The notes under the pieces were generated by a model. It ran no database searches and was not told where the DNA came from. It was given only the letters and a program-made list of their open reading frames with translations. A DNA stretch of 64,000 nucleotides, taken from Mayamaea pseudoterrestris (Eukaryota). Location: positions 248,001-312,000 of the forward strand of contig BROI01000025.1 of assembly GCA_027923505.1 (NCBI GenBank), given 5' to 3'. This document shows, piece after piece, positions 32,241-44,318 of the stretch (position 1 is the stretch's first letter; every line of letters begins with the position of its first letter). The position numbers and the translations under genes were made by a program.

Positions 32241-33971
32241 CTATGACTTTTGGATCTGTCGATCATCAGTCTTTTTCATGATCCACAGTGCTCTGGTGAC
32301 GGCAACACACGCCGTAAGCAGCCGACCGACGAATAGTGTGCCAATGCCAAGAAACCAAATACCATCGATGCTGGCTTGACGCGACATTTGCCACAGCGCC
32401 AACACCGTCGAGAACGTTGTGCCAATTGCCAAAATGCTAAACTGGTTGGCACCGGCTGCCAACGACTCAATGACCAGCGTCAGCGAGACAATCACTTGCT
32501 GCCAGGCCAAGTGCGGCATGACATGATGCAAATGTGCTTGGATCGCCTTGTCCGAAGTGAACAGTCGAGGCACCAGCAGATCGAGGCCATCCACAACCAG
32601 CATGCTAATCAAGCCTTGCAGCAAGGCGAAACCAATCATGTACTTGGTCAGCGACTTGACTTGCGGCTTATCCTTGATCGCATACGCTCGTGACATGAGT
32701 ACTTGCGCCGATACGGCGGTTCCATCCAGAATGAACGCAAAGACCAGCCATACACTGAGCGCCACCTGATGCGCCGCAACTTGCGTCGCCCCTAGTCGCG
32801 TGGCGCGCGCCGTCGCATACGCCCAGCCAAACAAGAGGCTCCCTTGCTTCATAATCATGCTCAAGTTGGCACCAAGAATGGACTTGACCACGCCACGAGC
32901 CTGCTCCTTTGTCTTTTTGGCAGCTGCAACATTCTCCGCAGTAGGATTACGTTTCTTCAAAACTGCACTTTTCCGCGGCAGCATGTTTCGTCGCAGTAAG
33001 TAGTAGGCATAAACCAGTGCCGCTCCAATCTGCGCCACTGCCGTCGCCGCCGCGGCGCCCTGCACTCCCATGTTGATGGGCGGAAACATGATCAGCGGAT
33101 CCAGCACCACGTTAATGCCAGCAGCGACAATACTAGCGGTCAGCGGCACCATGGTGTTGCCATAGCCCCGAAAGGCGCCTTCCGCCACGCCCATGAACAA
33201 GACCACCGGCGCCACCCAGCATCGGGTGAACAAGTAGTCGGCAGCGGGCTTGTGTAACAGACTTGTCTTTGGAATGCCCATGTGATGGAGGGCCGCGTTA
33301 CCGCCGGCTAATAGTGCCACCAGCACTGCAAGTCCCATGTAGGAGCCAAACTTGAGGGACAGCGCCACCACCGTTTGGGCGTCGTCATTCGCCAGTATAG
33401 ACTGCGGTCCGCTGCTTTTGGTGAAATCCGTCGCGTTGATACCATTATTGCTATCATCATTACTATTCAAGGCGAGTGCATTGGCGACGAGACTTGTCGT
33501 TGCCGCCGTGGTGGCCCGAAAGGCATTAAAGGCCAAGTGAAAGATGGACGTGCAGGCGCCCAGTGCCGCCAGTTCAGTACTTCCCACCCGGCCCGTGTAA
33601 AAGGTGTCAATGAGACTCAGCAACGGATCAATCATCATGCCGATCAATGCTGGTAGTGCAATGGAAAGGTTCTTTCTCGTCCAATGGTACTTGATGGGTG
33701 ATATTTGTAGCGACTTGTCCTGCATTGGGACAGGATGATCGGCAGCGTCTGATGCCGACGACAGTGCCGTCATGCAACGACTGAAAGTCGATCGTCTATA
33801 TACTGATATTGATGGAAGAATGCATCTAGCGGTAGATTGTAGGATTGGGAAATGTCTATAGCATGGCGAAGGAAATGACAGGGATGATGAAGTTGTGAAG
33901 GCGTCGGATACTTCGATCGAATTGAACAAGTACATCACATAAAGCGGCAGCAACATGCATCTTCTTGGCAT
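32241..33971 (-). CDS. MATE family efflux transporter, probably plastid-targeted
   Basis: IALPA..DPLLSLIDT..G.VG..ELAALG, GAFRGYG, N.VLDPL, GAAAAT, VAAHQV; signal ending SDAF followed by a Ser-rich transit peptide. Confidence 0.88.
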   Translation of the reverse strand: MPRRCMLLPLYVMYLFNSIEVSDAFTTSSSLSFPSPCYRHFPILQSTARCILPSISVYRRSTFSRCMTALSSASDAADHPVPMQDKSLQISPIKYHWTRKNLSIALPALIGMMIDPLLSLIDTFYTGRVGSTELAALGACTSIFHLAFNAFRATTAATTSLVANALALNSNDDSNNGINATDFTKSSGPQSILANDDAQTVVALSLKFGSYMGLAVLVALLAGGNAALHHMGIPKTSLLHKPAADYLFTRCWVAPVVLFMGVAEGAFRGYGNTMVPLTASIVAAGINVVLDPLIMFPPINMGVQGAAAATAVAQIGAALVYAYYLLRRNMLPRKSAVLKKRNPTAENVAAAKKTKEQARGVVKSILGANLSMIMKQGSLLFGWAYATARATRLGATQVAAHQVALSVWLVFAFILDGTAVSAQVLMSRAYAIKDKPQVKSLTKYMIGFALLQGLISMLVVDGLDLLVPRLFTSDKAIQAHLHHVMPHLAWQQVIVSLTLVIESLAAGANQFSILAIGTTFSTVLALWQMSRQASIDGIWFLGIGTLFVGRLLTACVAVTRALWIMKKTDDRQIQKS

Positions 33972-34466
33972 GATTGATAAAGATAGATTGATCTTTGCTA
34001 TGGATAGATAAAAGAGAAGAGTTGTTACAATAGTTTGTATGATACAGGACGATGAGGAACTGGTTGGTTGTGTTGTTCGCTTGGTCTGATCTCCGATCAT
34101 CGGCGGCGCGCCGACGGCGCGGCGGAAGATCGCGGTCAAAACCGCTACGACAATTGTGACGGTTTCGACGACGACGGCGACGTGCAAAATTCTTTGAGAA
34201 CGCTCGAAATGATCACGGCATGGTAAACGAGAGATGTATGGCCATTCCAGCCAGTGTTTAGTCACAAAGAGAGCACAATAAGAAGCTGGAAAATCAATCA
34301 ATATTGTTTCGCACCGTAGCAGCGTCGCAACGTGTGACGACATCTCGCCCGACGCACTGTTCCGTTGCGCTTGTACTTCCGACTGGCTTCCACGATAGAA
34401 CATTGCCAAAGACCTTTGCGCCAGTGTCACACGCTTGCGAAATTCGTTAGAGATTGCTTGTCATTG

Positions 34467-35466
34467 ATGAACATGCTTTTCTTGATTGTTGTCCTAGCCG
34501 TGCTCATCTTGGTGAGTCCTTTTATAAATTCGCATACGTTGCTTCTTTCCTGCTTTCAGTTTGTCACGCTAACCACCTGATTCAACTGCCACGCTTCATC
34601 AATGGCAGCCATGCCAAGCTCAGTTTGGAGTCGCGCAGCCCGTCACCCGGGAGTACTTGGATCTCCATCACTTGGATCGCTTCCAGCAGCACCAGGAATC
34701 ACTGGCCGAAATGCGTAAACAATTGATGCGCGAGTTGGGGACGGAGCTGCAAGAATTCACGTCGCCTGCAATGCATCGTCATCAACAGTATTATAGTCTA
34801 GAACAGTGGATGGGAATGGTGGCGACGGGGGCATTGTGCGCTGGGGTACGTGGTTCGTGATTGGGTGTTGCCTACTTTTAGCTTGTCCAGTCGAGTGGGG
34901 AGCGCTTACTAGTCTTTGGCTTGCTACGTTTCCAGCTGACGTGCATCTTGTATCACGACGCTTTGGGCATTGAGCGGGACAAGAAGGAAGGTCGTATTGC
35001 TGCTCTTGCAGCGGCGGCATCCAAGGCGAGCGAGTCTGGCAAAGACACTGACGTTTCTTCCGTCGAGTCAAACATGACAGCGATTAATTGAACAGTATTG
35101 CTTGACGAAATGTTTCAATTTTTGCTGGTCGATCAGGCGCATATCAGTGAATGGCTGGAGACTTCAATATTCTACATCCATACCTTGCTCCTCGTAGGAC
35201 TTGTTGATCCTGCTGCAGTCCTTGCTTTGGAAAAATTATATAACTCACCACCTGACTGGGCTGAAGTAAGAATGAAGGCATGGCTGCTAGTACTATATGC
35301 CAGCCACTCGCACAAGAAACTGTACTCTTTGCTTCAAAGTGAGCTTGACTTTAACAATAGGGTTAAAGCAATGGAAGGTTTGCCATTCAAGGAGCGTGAA
35401 AGACTCCGCTATGTTTTGAATAAATGGATGGAACGAGTCTATTCAGGCGCTTTCGATGACCTTTAG
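34467..35466 (+). pseudogene. Three-exon secreted/membrane protein gene with in-frame TGA at 35089-35091 (introns 34512-34608, 34846-34935)
   Basis: Splicing gives MNMLFLIVVLAVLIL|PCQAQFGVA...ALCAG|LTCILYH...MTAIN*TVLLDEMFQF..., continuing in frame into ORF 35098-35466. Confidence 0.55.
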
Positions 35467-35932
35467 TTTATTGATCTTGTAGCGCATTAATGAATGTGCC
35501 TAAACCTTTGTGCGAGTGCTATGTACATTTTTGTATACAGTCTCCGGTGAAAGTTAGGAGAACGCTCTGTGAGGATCTCTCCTCTTAGTGCCGCGACAAA
35601 TATGTATATTATGACTTGGACGAAGATCTTCCTGTTAGGTTTTGACTTTTACATTTGCTGCTGTTGTGCGACTAGGGATATGTAGCCTAACAAACGTCGA
35701 TCGGAACTATTGAATGAATACGGAATACGTAGCGAAGGAGCGAACCAACTCTTAGAACCGCTCCGACAGATTGCGTTCGCGTCGTCATCGATTTCGTGAC
35801 ACCCCCTTCATCCATTTGCTGCCCCGGATTCTTCACTTTGCTGCTTGCTGCATTATTTGATCATCAGCTTCAAAAGCTGATGAGCGGCAAAGGATCTTTA
35901 TTGATTGGCTAACTGTAACATTATCGAAAGCC

Positions 35933-37006
35933 ATGCCCGCAGCTGCTGCTGGCGCTGCTTCATCTTCGTCCTCGCCAAAGAACAATCGCCGCGACACCGA
36001 CACTCCATCACCGGACGACTCGGACGACGACCGCATCATTCTCCACAACAACCGCGACAATGACAGCGACAATGGCAAGACCTGCTTCACCGACGAGCAT
36101 TTGCTGCTGATGGATCCAACTCCTCCATCCTCGCCTGAGAATGAAAAGGTGAATTCGGAACAATCGTCGACGGCCTTTACTGCATTCGCATCAAGCCGAT
36201 CGTCCTCAATGGCTTACAAAATTACCCAGAAAATCAATTCTTGCCTCCAAACCTACGCTAGTTACATGTCTACAAGTCTCCACCAGGATCGCGGCTTAAA
36301 GTTGCTACAATGGTCGCTGTGGCTAGCAAGTCGACTTGTTCTATTGAAAAAGCAATGCAAGCTGCAGTCCAGCCAGCAATTGCAGTACATTTCCACCTGC
36401 TTGCGCAAACTCTACTTGGACGTTTCCTTTGCTCGCTACGCGACGCGCGCTTTGAGTTTGCCGGCAGCCATTGCGGCGGCGCAGAGTGGCAGCTGGGGCT
36501 ACCAAGGCTCGTCGACGCTCACCAAGTATAGGCGCGCGCACGACGTCTTGGGCAAGCTCATGGCCTGGAGCATGATTGGCTACTATCCGACGGAGCTTGT
36601 GGCCTTTGTCAAATGGATGCTTCCGGCGAAGCCTGCGAGTAGTAGTGGAGAGCATGCGGCTGTTTACTCGCGATCAGCGGAGCGATGGAGCTACTGGAGT
36701 TGTCGCTTTTGGTTGGCTTACTTGGTGGCGGAAACGTGCCAGTGCCTCTTGGTCTACAAGGAGCTCAAGGATCGGGAAGCGGCGCAGCAACGAGGCGAAA
36801 TTGATGACGACAGTGATGACAAGAACGCCAAGGCGGAGCGGCAGAGTCTACTGCGTTACACAAAGCTGCAGCTGCTTCGTGATGCTTTGTTCTTTCTGCC
36901 GTGCCTCAATTGGAGCTTGCCGAATTGGGACCTCGACCCGATGCTGCCCGAAAGCGTCGTCAATGGACTCAGCTGGTTGGAGAGTGTAGTTTGCCTATAT
37001 CAGTAA
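35933..37006 (+). CDS. PEX11: Peroxisomal biogenesis factor 11-like
   Basis: QDRGLKLLQW, SFARYATR, YYPTELVAF, WSCRFWLAY, D..FFLP..NWS, GL.WLES.V.LY. Confidence 0.7.
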   Translation: MPAAAAGAASSSSSPKNNRRDTDTPSPDDSDDDRIILHNNRDNDSDNGKTCFTDEHLLLMDPTPPSSPENEKVNSEQSSTAFTAFASSRSSSMAYKITQKINSCLQTYASYMSTSLHQDRGLKLLQWSLWLASRLVLLKKQCKLQSSQQLQYISTCLRKLYLDVSFARYATRALSLPAAIAAAQSGSWGYQGSSTLTKYRRAHDVLGKLMAWSMIGYYPTELVAFVKWMLPAKPASSSGEHAAVYSRSAERWSYWSCRFWLAYLVAETCQCLLVYKELKDREAAQQRGEIDDDSDDKNAKAERQSLLRYTKLQLLRDALFFLPCLNWSLPNWDLDPMLPESVVNGLSWLESVVCLYQ

Positions 37007-37358
37007 CGTAATTTTTTCTAGGACGACCAATTACATTGCATCCAGTAGCATTCAAGTCATTTCTTTAGTTGGGTACAACCAGTACATATACTTAAGGCCT
37101 ACGGTCTACCAACTTTACATCGAGCCAACATATTGCGAATCATGACGTTAACAACCACTGCTTTCCACAAGTAAGTGTATATACTCGCAGTCAGCGACTA
37201 TACTACCTTGGGAGCCAAATTTATCGCAGCGGTATTAAAACTCTAAGCGGCACTAAAGCGACATATTACATGCGACATGGCTCCAACTCCCTCCGTTTTT
37301 CTTTCCAAACTACAATTCTGGAGGACTGCTGCTATTGATCTCTTACACGGAGTTCATT

Positions 37359-39554
37359 ATGGAACCATCTGAGAGTGTACCCATGGAGGAAGCGATGAAT
37401 TCTGATTCAAACATGGACGAGGTGCAGCTGGAAGATGCGAAATCGGCAGACGAGCCTACTGGCGACAATGCTCCTTCACCGGCCGTTCTTGGTGATGGAA
37501 TTGGCAAACAAGAAACCGCCGACCCTGCTATTGATACATCATCCGCCACAGACCAGCCAGCAGCTGAAGCAGATGCTCGTAACTCGTGGGATCATTCAAA
37601 TCGCCGCATCCACGTCCAAGGCGTCGACAAGTACGCCACCCGCAAGGAGCTCATGAAGCTTGCCACAAAATGGAGCCGCGACATGAATCCGCCGCATCCA
37701 GTCGAGATACTGAAAATTAAGAAACCTCCGAATGAAGTATGGATGGTGATTCAGCTTTCAGATCCAGCCATGGCGAAGCTACTGATGGACTACATTAACA
37801 ATAGCGAGCTATGGAACAAGAAGAAGACGGTGCAACTTTCGGCTCGATTACTTTCGGAAATGCAGCCGGGAAAGCGACCGCCGGACAACATGGCCGATTC
37901 GCGACTCTCCAAGCGACAAAAGCATGCCATACTGGAGGGACACGAACCTGGTAGGATGATTCCGTCACTGCATAGGCCCGTTACCGAGGAGGAGATCAAA
38001 GACAAGATTATTCCCCTCTGGCGATTGTCACTCGAGGTGCAATTGGAAACCAAGACGAAGCTCATGATTAACCAGTGCGCACTCAAGATTCACAAGGAGC
38101 TCAAGAAAAAGTTTCGCGATTTACAAAAGCACAAGCAGCAAAACAAGAAGCAATTGCAACTCTATGGCTGGCTCAAGGGCACGCGAGCCATTAGCATTGA
38201 GCAAGTTGTTTCCGTTCCCAATGTTGTTCGCAACAAGTGCGAATTTACCTTTGGATGGAGATACTCGTATGATGATGCTACATCATCGGATCAGCAAGAC
38301 CTTACCAGCAAAAATGCATCTGAAGCTGCATCAGAAAGCAGCGACGCAGTAAACAAGGAACGACATATTTCGCGCACTCCTGCCGTTGGAATGATGGCGG
38401 CTGGCTGGGCTGGAGGCGTCTCGCGCCCCCACTGCTGCGAAAATATTCCATTGGAAGCTTGCGCCGTAATTGACATTGTTGACGAGTTTTTGCAGTCAAG
38501 TCCACTGCCACCGTATGACTCGATTGCACACAAGGGTATTTGGAGACTACTGACTGTGCGAGCGTCGCGGACAACGAGAGAATGCATGGTTGTTATTACT
38601 CATTGTCCGGCGACGGGAGGTGTTGGCGAGGACGGTCAGGAATATGCGCCTCATTATGAATCTGAAATGGCGCGGTTGTTATCGTTGCTCATCAGCGCCA
38701 AGCTTCCGGTCCCCGACCAAGAACCAATGTCCATTACAAGCATTTTCTTTCAAGCATTTGACGGACTTTCGTCTCCTAACTCGGAAACTCCAGTGCAGCA
38801 TGCTTACGGCAAGAAGCACATGCTCGAAACGTTGGGCAAATGCACTTTCCAGATCTCGCCTGGTGCATTCTTCCAGGTCAACTCGGTTGGCGCTGAGATG
38901 CTTTACGCCAAGGTTGTCGAAAAGCTTAAGGCTGTTACGGACACGTCCAAAAAGACATTGCTTTTTGACGTTTGCTGTGGGACGGGAACGATTGGCTTGT
39001 GCTGCATGAAGGAAGGAGCCGCTGACTTAGTCGTTGGAGTTGATATCAGCGAACCTGCCATTCAAGATGCACAAGCAAATGCCTTGTTGAATGGGTTTAG
39101 TAGCGACCAAGTGCACTTCGTCGCTGGTCGCGCCGAGGATATCATGTCGCAGGAGATTGCAAAGGCCCGTCGTGAGTCGGAGGACTGCCAGTTTGTTGCC
39201 GTGGTGGATCCTGCGCGAGAAGGACTTCACCCGGACGTGGTGCGGGCGTTACGCATGACAAAGAATATAAGCCGCATTGTCTATGTGAGCTGTAATCCAA
39301 CTGGATCCTTGGTGAATGACTTGATGCTATTTTGTTCGCCACCTTCCAAGCGATACACTGGCCTGCCATTTAAGATTACTTCGGCGACTCCGTATGATAT
39401 GTTTCCAATGACGAATCATTGTGAAATGGTCATGGTGCTGGATCGCATGCCTGTCGAGGAGTATGAGCTGGAAACAAACGAGCCAACAAAGGCGGTTGCT
39501 GCACTAGGACTTGGCGAAGCAGCAGCAGTTGATCCTATACCTACAAGAGATTAA
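37359..39554 (+). CDS. TRM2: tRNA (uracil-54 C5)-methyltransferase TRM2/TRMT2A-like
   Basis: RNKCEFTFG, FQISPGAFFQVN, DVCCGTGTIG, VVDPAREGL, YVSCNP, DMFPMTNHCE; N-terminal RRM-like region. Confidence 0.92.
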   Translation: MEPSESVPMEEAMNSDSNMDEVQLEDAKSADEPTGDNAPSPAVLGDGIGKQETADPAIDTSSATDQPAAEADARNSWDHSNRRIHVQGVDKYATRKELMKLATKWSRDMNPPHPVEILKIKKPPNEVWMVIQLSDPAMAKLLMDYINNSELWNKKKTVQLSARLLSEMQPGKRPPDNMADSRLSKRQKHAILEGHEPGRMIPSLHRPVTEEEIKDKIIPLWRLSLEVQLETKTKLMINQCALKIHKELKKKFRDLQKHKQQNKKQLQLYGWLKGTRAISIEQVVSVPNVVRNKCEFTFGWRYSYDDATSSDQQDLTSKNASEAASESSDAVNKERHISRTPAVGMMAAGWAGGVSRPHCCENIPLEACAVIDIVDEFLQSSPLPPYDSIAHKGIWRLLTVRASRTTRECMVVITHCPATGGVGEDGQEYAPHYESEMARLLSLLISAKLPVPDQEPMSITSIFFQAFDGLSSPNSETPVQHAYGKKHMLETLGKCTFQISPGAFFQVNSVGAEMLYAKVVEKLKAVTDTSKKTLLFDVCCGTGTIGLCCMKEGAADLVVGVDISEPAIQDAQANALLNGFSSDQVHFVAGRAEDIMSQEIAKARRESEDCQFVAVVDPAREGLHPDVVRALRMTKNISRIVYVSCNPTGSLVNDLMLFCSPPSKRYTGLPFKITSATPYDMFPMTNHCEMVMVLDRMPVEEYELETNEPTKAVAALGLGEAAAVDPIPTRD

Positions 39555-39645
39555 TGTACACCGAGTCTGGCCGACGAGCTGTCTGTGAAAAGGCGGCAAT
39601 AAGTGCATCAATAGCATTGTCTGGTTACAATGATCGTTTCATAAT

Positions 39646-40786
39646 TTATGAATTCACTGTCAACCAGTCCAAGACGCCCTCATATACAACGAACGTAATG
39701 GCAGCCCCCGGAGCAACACGTATGGCGTTGGGAACTAGTCCTTTGAAGAGTCCAGAGATGCCTTCGCGCTTGACAATTCGTCTGTATGAATCTGTAAGCC
39801 CTCGATACTGTCGCTTGACCGCGCGCACATTTCCATCGCTCGTCAGCTCTAACGCATCAGACCGCTGCTGCATACGAGCCTTTAACACCTGCAACGGATA
39901 CGTCACAGTGCTCGCAGTAATTTTGGCGGCAGCACCCATCAAGAGGTAGCCCAGCGACAACTCTAACCTGTGCCACACGCTGCTTGCCCTTTCGTCGACA
40001 CCTCGTTGCGCTCGCGTATAGTGAAAGTGCTTGCGAAGATACTCATACACGACAAACTGAACACCACCGTGTGATGTGAGAAGCATTGCTGGACCACATC
40101 CCTTGTATAACGCTAAATAACCCTCTTCTTGGACGATCCGTCGTATTGCGTCAACCATGCCATTGTAAGGTTTGATGTTATGCAGCTCTCCCGTCTTTTT
40201 CATTTGCAATTGCATTCTTGTTTTGACGAGCCATATTGGATTCGTAATTGCCACCATAATGCCGCCGGCGGAGCAAGCCAACACAAAATGGTCAAACGAG
40301 TTTAAAACTTGCGACGTTGGTATCGAAGAATTGTGTGTCTCCGTCTTGTAATCGACGAGGCTTCGCTTGAGACGTTCGTAAACGTAAAAGTAGCCACCCC
40401 AGCTGACGGAAGAACCAATGACGGCGGGTAACCATCCTTGGTACAAGCCGACAATGCCTTCGTGTCGAACGATGGACCGAAACACCGACATTGTTCCAAG
40501 GCGACGTCCATTCCTAGTGGTGCTTTCATTGACTTGTAAACGAACCTTTGGAAGGAAAAGATACAAAGGATATTTGTAAAGAGTTTTCATTTATGAAGGA
40601 CAAATAATGTGTACAATTCAGCAATCTGCTATTGGTTGGTAAGTCAGACGAAGAGTGACTCTTTCGGCAGTCGAAACTGGGCCACAGCATGGTATTTACC
40701 TTGACGACATCCAATGGCAATAAAAGAGTTGTAGATACAATTCCTCCAGAGAATCCAGCAACTAATGGAACGGTTGACTGGTCCAT
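39646..40786 (-). CDS. Mitochondrial carrier (SLC25A32/FLX1 folate/FAD-like); intron 40546-40699
   Basis: Three Px[D/W/Q]xxKxR signatures (PLDVVK|VRLQ, PIWLVKTRMQ, PLQVLKARMQ), SWGGYF, SHGGVQF. Confidence 0.88.
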
Positions 40787-41284
40787 TTCGGTATAAGACG
40801 AGCGGGACGACAGATACAGAGTCGTCCGATGTGCGATGGAGGCGCGCGGTGATGATGAAAGCGGCAGCTCGCGAGGGAAAGAATGCAATATCATCGTACC
40901 GGCACCAAAATTCCGTTTAATCGTGCGTCGTTGTTGAAAGCTCATTGCCTACGCACGGTAGGTAGCCATGTACAATGCAATGCAATGCAATACCAACATG
41001 TTCGTTGTAACTTGATCATGATAGTTCAGAAGTATGTTGTATCAGAATAAAACATCATCCATATAGCGACGCAATACAGCCGGGACGTGGACACTTCTCG
41101 AGTATCCCACAGGCGTCGGCCTTCAATTCTTCCAGCGCGGCATCCGAGGTCCGAGGCATGCATTCGGCTTAAGCCATGAACAGGATTCCTTTCAATTGCA
41201 GACATAAAAGAACGCCTTGCTCGCTAAACTTTTACTTCGCATACCAGGCTACCAGCCAATCAGCAAGATTTACCAGTGAACACC

Positions 41285-43148
41285 TCAACGCCAAAACAGA
41301 ATTGGGATATCGTGCAAAAAAATAAAGAGGCAATCCGTGCTGTCATTGACAGTCTCCATTAGACGAAATGTTTTCTCGCGAAAATCAGGAGCTTCAGGAT
41401 GTTGAATGCATCGTCTTCCCTCCTTGTTGAGCCGAGTAAAAACGGATATTGCACGCCCTAGTTCATTGTGATGGCTAGAATATGGTTCCAACTCGATTGT
41501 TTCCAGCTCAACATTCGTAGAGATTGCGTCGATAAGACGCTTAAACGTTTCGGGGGTCACTTCACTCGCGCAAGCAGGTATAATGTCTCGCGTATTCTCG
41601 TATGTAAGCATACTTTCGCAGCACAGACTTTTAAGAGTCGGATTAAGCCTCAAAGTATGCACAATTTCCGTCATGCGAACAAAGGACATCTTGATACTAA
41701 AGGGCAACGAGAGCTCTTTAATCGAACGATTCTTTGCAATTCCCAAGGCGATGGTCCAGAGCTCCTCCGCCGTTACATGTTCCAACGTAAGACTTTCCAA
41801 ATTGCACAATTCAAGCGCCGGTCCTAGCCTTGGCAAGTCCGTTGGCCGATCAGGAACCCAGCTTCCGCAAATGGTAAGTTTGCGGAGCGTGGAACTGGTG
41901 GAAATGTATGTGACAAGCGAGTCAACAAGTGCCCGCGACCAATAGCAGTTGGGAAGAATCAACTCAATCAGTTTGAGCAGCGCCTCTGAGTATCAATAGC
42001 TGAAGCGTTTCATCAGCGTCGTTCATAGGCGGGAGCCCTCCGTAAAGAGACAGCGATTCCAGGTTTTTCATTTCCGGCAAGCGACGAGTGAATTGCATGT
42101 AAAATTCGTTCATTCCTTGGGCGGCAATGTGGAGCCTCTTAAATGTAAGTACTTTTATATTAGTCGAATTGACAACAGACTCGACAAATGTTTGACAAAC
42201 AGCGACGCTAGCCAATCCTATGCCGCTGAGCTTAAATGTTTCCAGTTTGTTCAAAGCAAGCAGGCGTGCGACAAGTTCAGCTTCAACTTCCGACAAGATC
42301 GTGGGTGTTGTTGTTCCTAAGCCTGAGTAACCAAGTCCGAGTCGCTTCAACTTTGTCGCATGCAATAGTCTCGGAAAGGAGAAACGCAGAGTTTCAGCGT
42401 CGATATTATCAAAGTCTAAACTTTCGAGGTTCGACAAACAGCTCAGAGATCGGAGCATGTTAAGAGGTATATGACGACGCTCAGCAAAGAGTACGACTTC
42501 TTTAATTTGCGGCCGCAGGCGAGACATAACAGTTGCAAAAAGTTCTGTAATTTCAGCGTCTATATCACCATAAAACATCCAAGACACCTTTCGTAACTTG
42601 TGGCACAGCGAAAATGTACGCATAAGCTCCGCCAAACAAGCCGTTCGAACAACATGCAAGGGGTACTCTTCGGGGCGAAAACCAGGGAACCTTAAACTGA
42701 TCACCAAACAATCAACCGTTTCCTTCCCAAACTGTTGAATTGCGGATATCAATCGGCGCCGACTGTCTGGCCTGTGCACGAGGTTCACCAAAAGCTCATG
42801 ATTTAGTTTAAAGGTCCTGACATTATTAAATGTCGTGTTGGGAGCAAATAATCGTTTATTTTCAGCATAGACATGAGACTTTGCTGGATCCCCTATCATC
42901 ATGTCGATGATTGGAACTAGATATCTGTCATGATTGCGAAGTACTCGCGTATCCCAATCTTCGGCTGCTGGCATTTCAAGCTCACCGTCGTCGGGTCCTT
43001 GGACTTGCTCTGCTTCGACTTCTTGGATGACGACATCCTCGTCCCGCATAGTCTCATCATCATCATCTTCTTCTTCTTCAATCTCCATGCCATTGATGCG
43101 AGGAAGATAATCGTTACGATCAATAATGTCGTCGTTGCGTTCGGCCAT
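41285..43148 (-). pseudogene. RNI-like leucine-rich repeat protein, frameshifted near 41965-41985
   Basis: LxxLxL repeats in both ORFs 41964-43148 and 41285-41962; C-terminal RLNKEGRR..DCLFIFL. The frames overlap with no room for an intron. Confidence 0.6.
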
Positions 43149-43406
43149 GGTGAAGGTGATGAAAAAGAGGAAAGAAAAATGTGCGTGTGAAAATCCAAAG
43201 AAATACTTGTCGTAGCGGTACTAACTTTTGCCGCGACGTCGCGCGCGAAATTCCGACGAAGAGGTGAACTTCACTTCTTTACTCCACCTTTACTCTTAAC
43301 TTGTTATGCTCTTGTCTACCCATATCGCCAACGTTGCATCGAAATCATGAGTATATTAAGCTTCTAAGCGGATGAAGTTTGCTAAACTAAATTTTCATCT
43401 TCAAGC

Positions 43407-44318
43407 ATGGCACTTCCAAACGAGGCAATGAAGATGCCGTCGCAGAAACATCACTTACTCCGCCTATATCTGGTCCGACACGGAGAATCCCAAGCTAATC
43501 TGGATGGAACACTGGCCGGCCAGAGTGACTCAGTACGTAATTGAAGCAAATGTATGTATGTTGATTTTTTATGACATAGATCTGACAAGCTCCATTATCC
43601 TTGTTTTGCCTCCTCCGACGTCCGACAGCCATTGACAGACACCGGAATTGCCGAAGCTAAGGCACTGAGTCGTTCGCATTGGATGACAGACACTGACTAC
43701 TGGAGGGTATACAGCAGCGATCTATCTCGTGCTCATGACACTGCCAGACTATCGTTGCAGCTTGGTCGAGCGGCGAGTATAGACGGTGATGATGATGTGG
43801 GCCGGACCACCATTCACTTGGACAAGCGACTCCGCGAGCGAGCATACGGAGCCCGAGAAGGTATGTCGCGTAAGCTATCGCTGGACGAAGCCACTGCATA
43901 CCGAGTGATTCATGGTATAGACGATCCTGTAGGTCCATATGAGACTGAGCAAGACATAACGGACCGATGTGTCGACTGGCTGCAGCAACTCGTTCACGAG
44001 GCAAACAATGCAGCCAAGCAACGACAGCTGCAGACTCCTCTTCATGTTGCAGTATTTTCACATGCCGGCTTTATACGAGCAACGTTGCTTCGGTATGTTG
44101 AGCGGGCGACCTTGGACCGGCACCCCAATGCGCGACAAACTGACGGCTATCGCACTCCCAAGCTGCTCATTCCCAACACTAGCGTCAATGTTTTGGATGT
44201 TTACTTGCACGACAATTGTACTGATTTGGATTGCTCCTTTGAGACGAGACTGGTTGAGCTGAACTGCACAAATCATTTGGTTAACGCAGACGGTTTACAA
44301 AGTCGTCGAGCCGATTGA
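43407..44318 (+). CDS. Histidine phosphatase / phosphoglycerate mutase family; intron 43533-43628
   Basis: LYLVRHGES in exon 1, DS|PLT..G, YSSDLSRA..TA, LRER.YG..EG, VFSHAG, IPNTS. Confidence 0.9.

Noticed and set aside
33972..34430. 153-aa N-terminal extension of the MATE ORF
   Set aside because: Non-ATG start; a signal plus transit peptide begins at ATG 33971, and the region is probably UTR or promoter.
41080..41180. GC-richer intergenic stretch as a tRNA or ncRNA
   Set aside because: No T-loop/D-loop consensus or cloverleaf found by eye.
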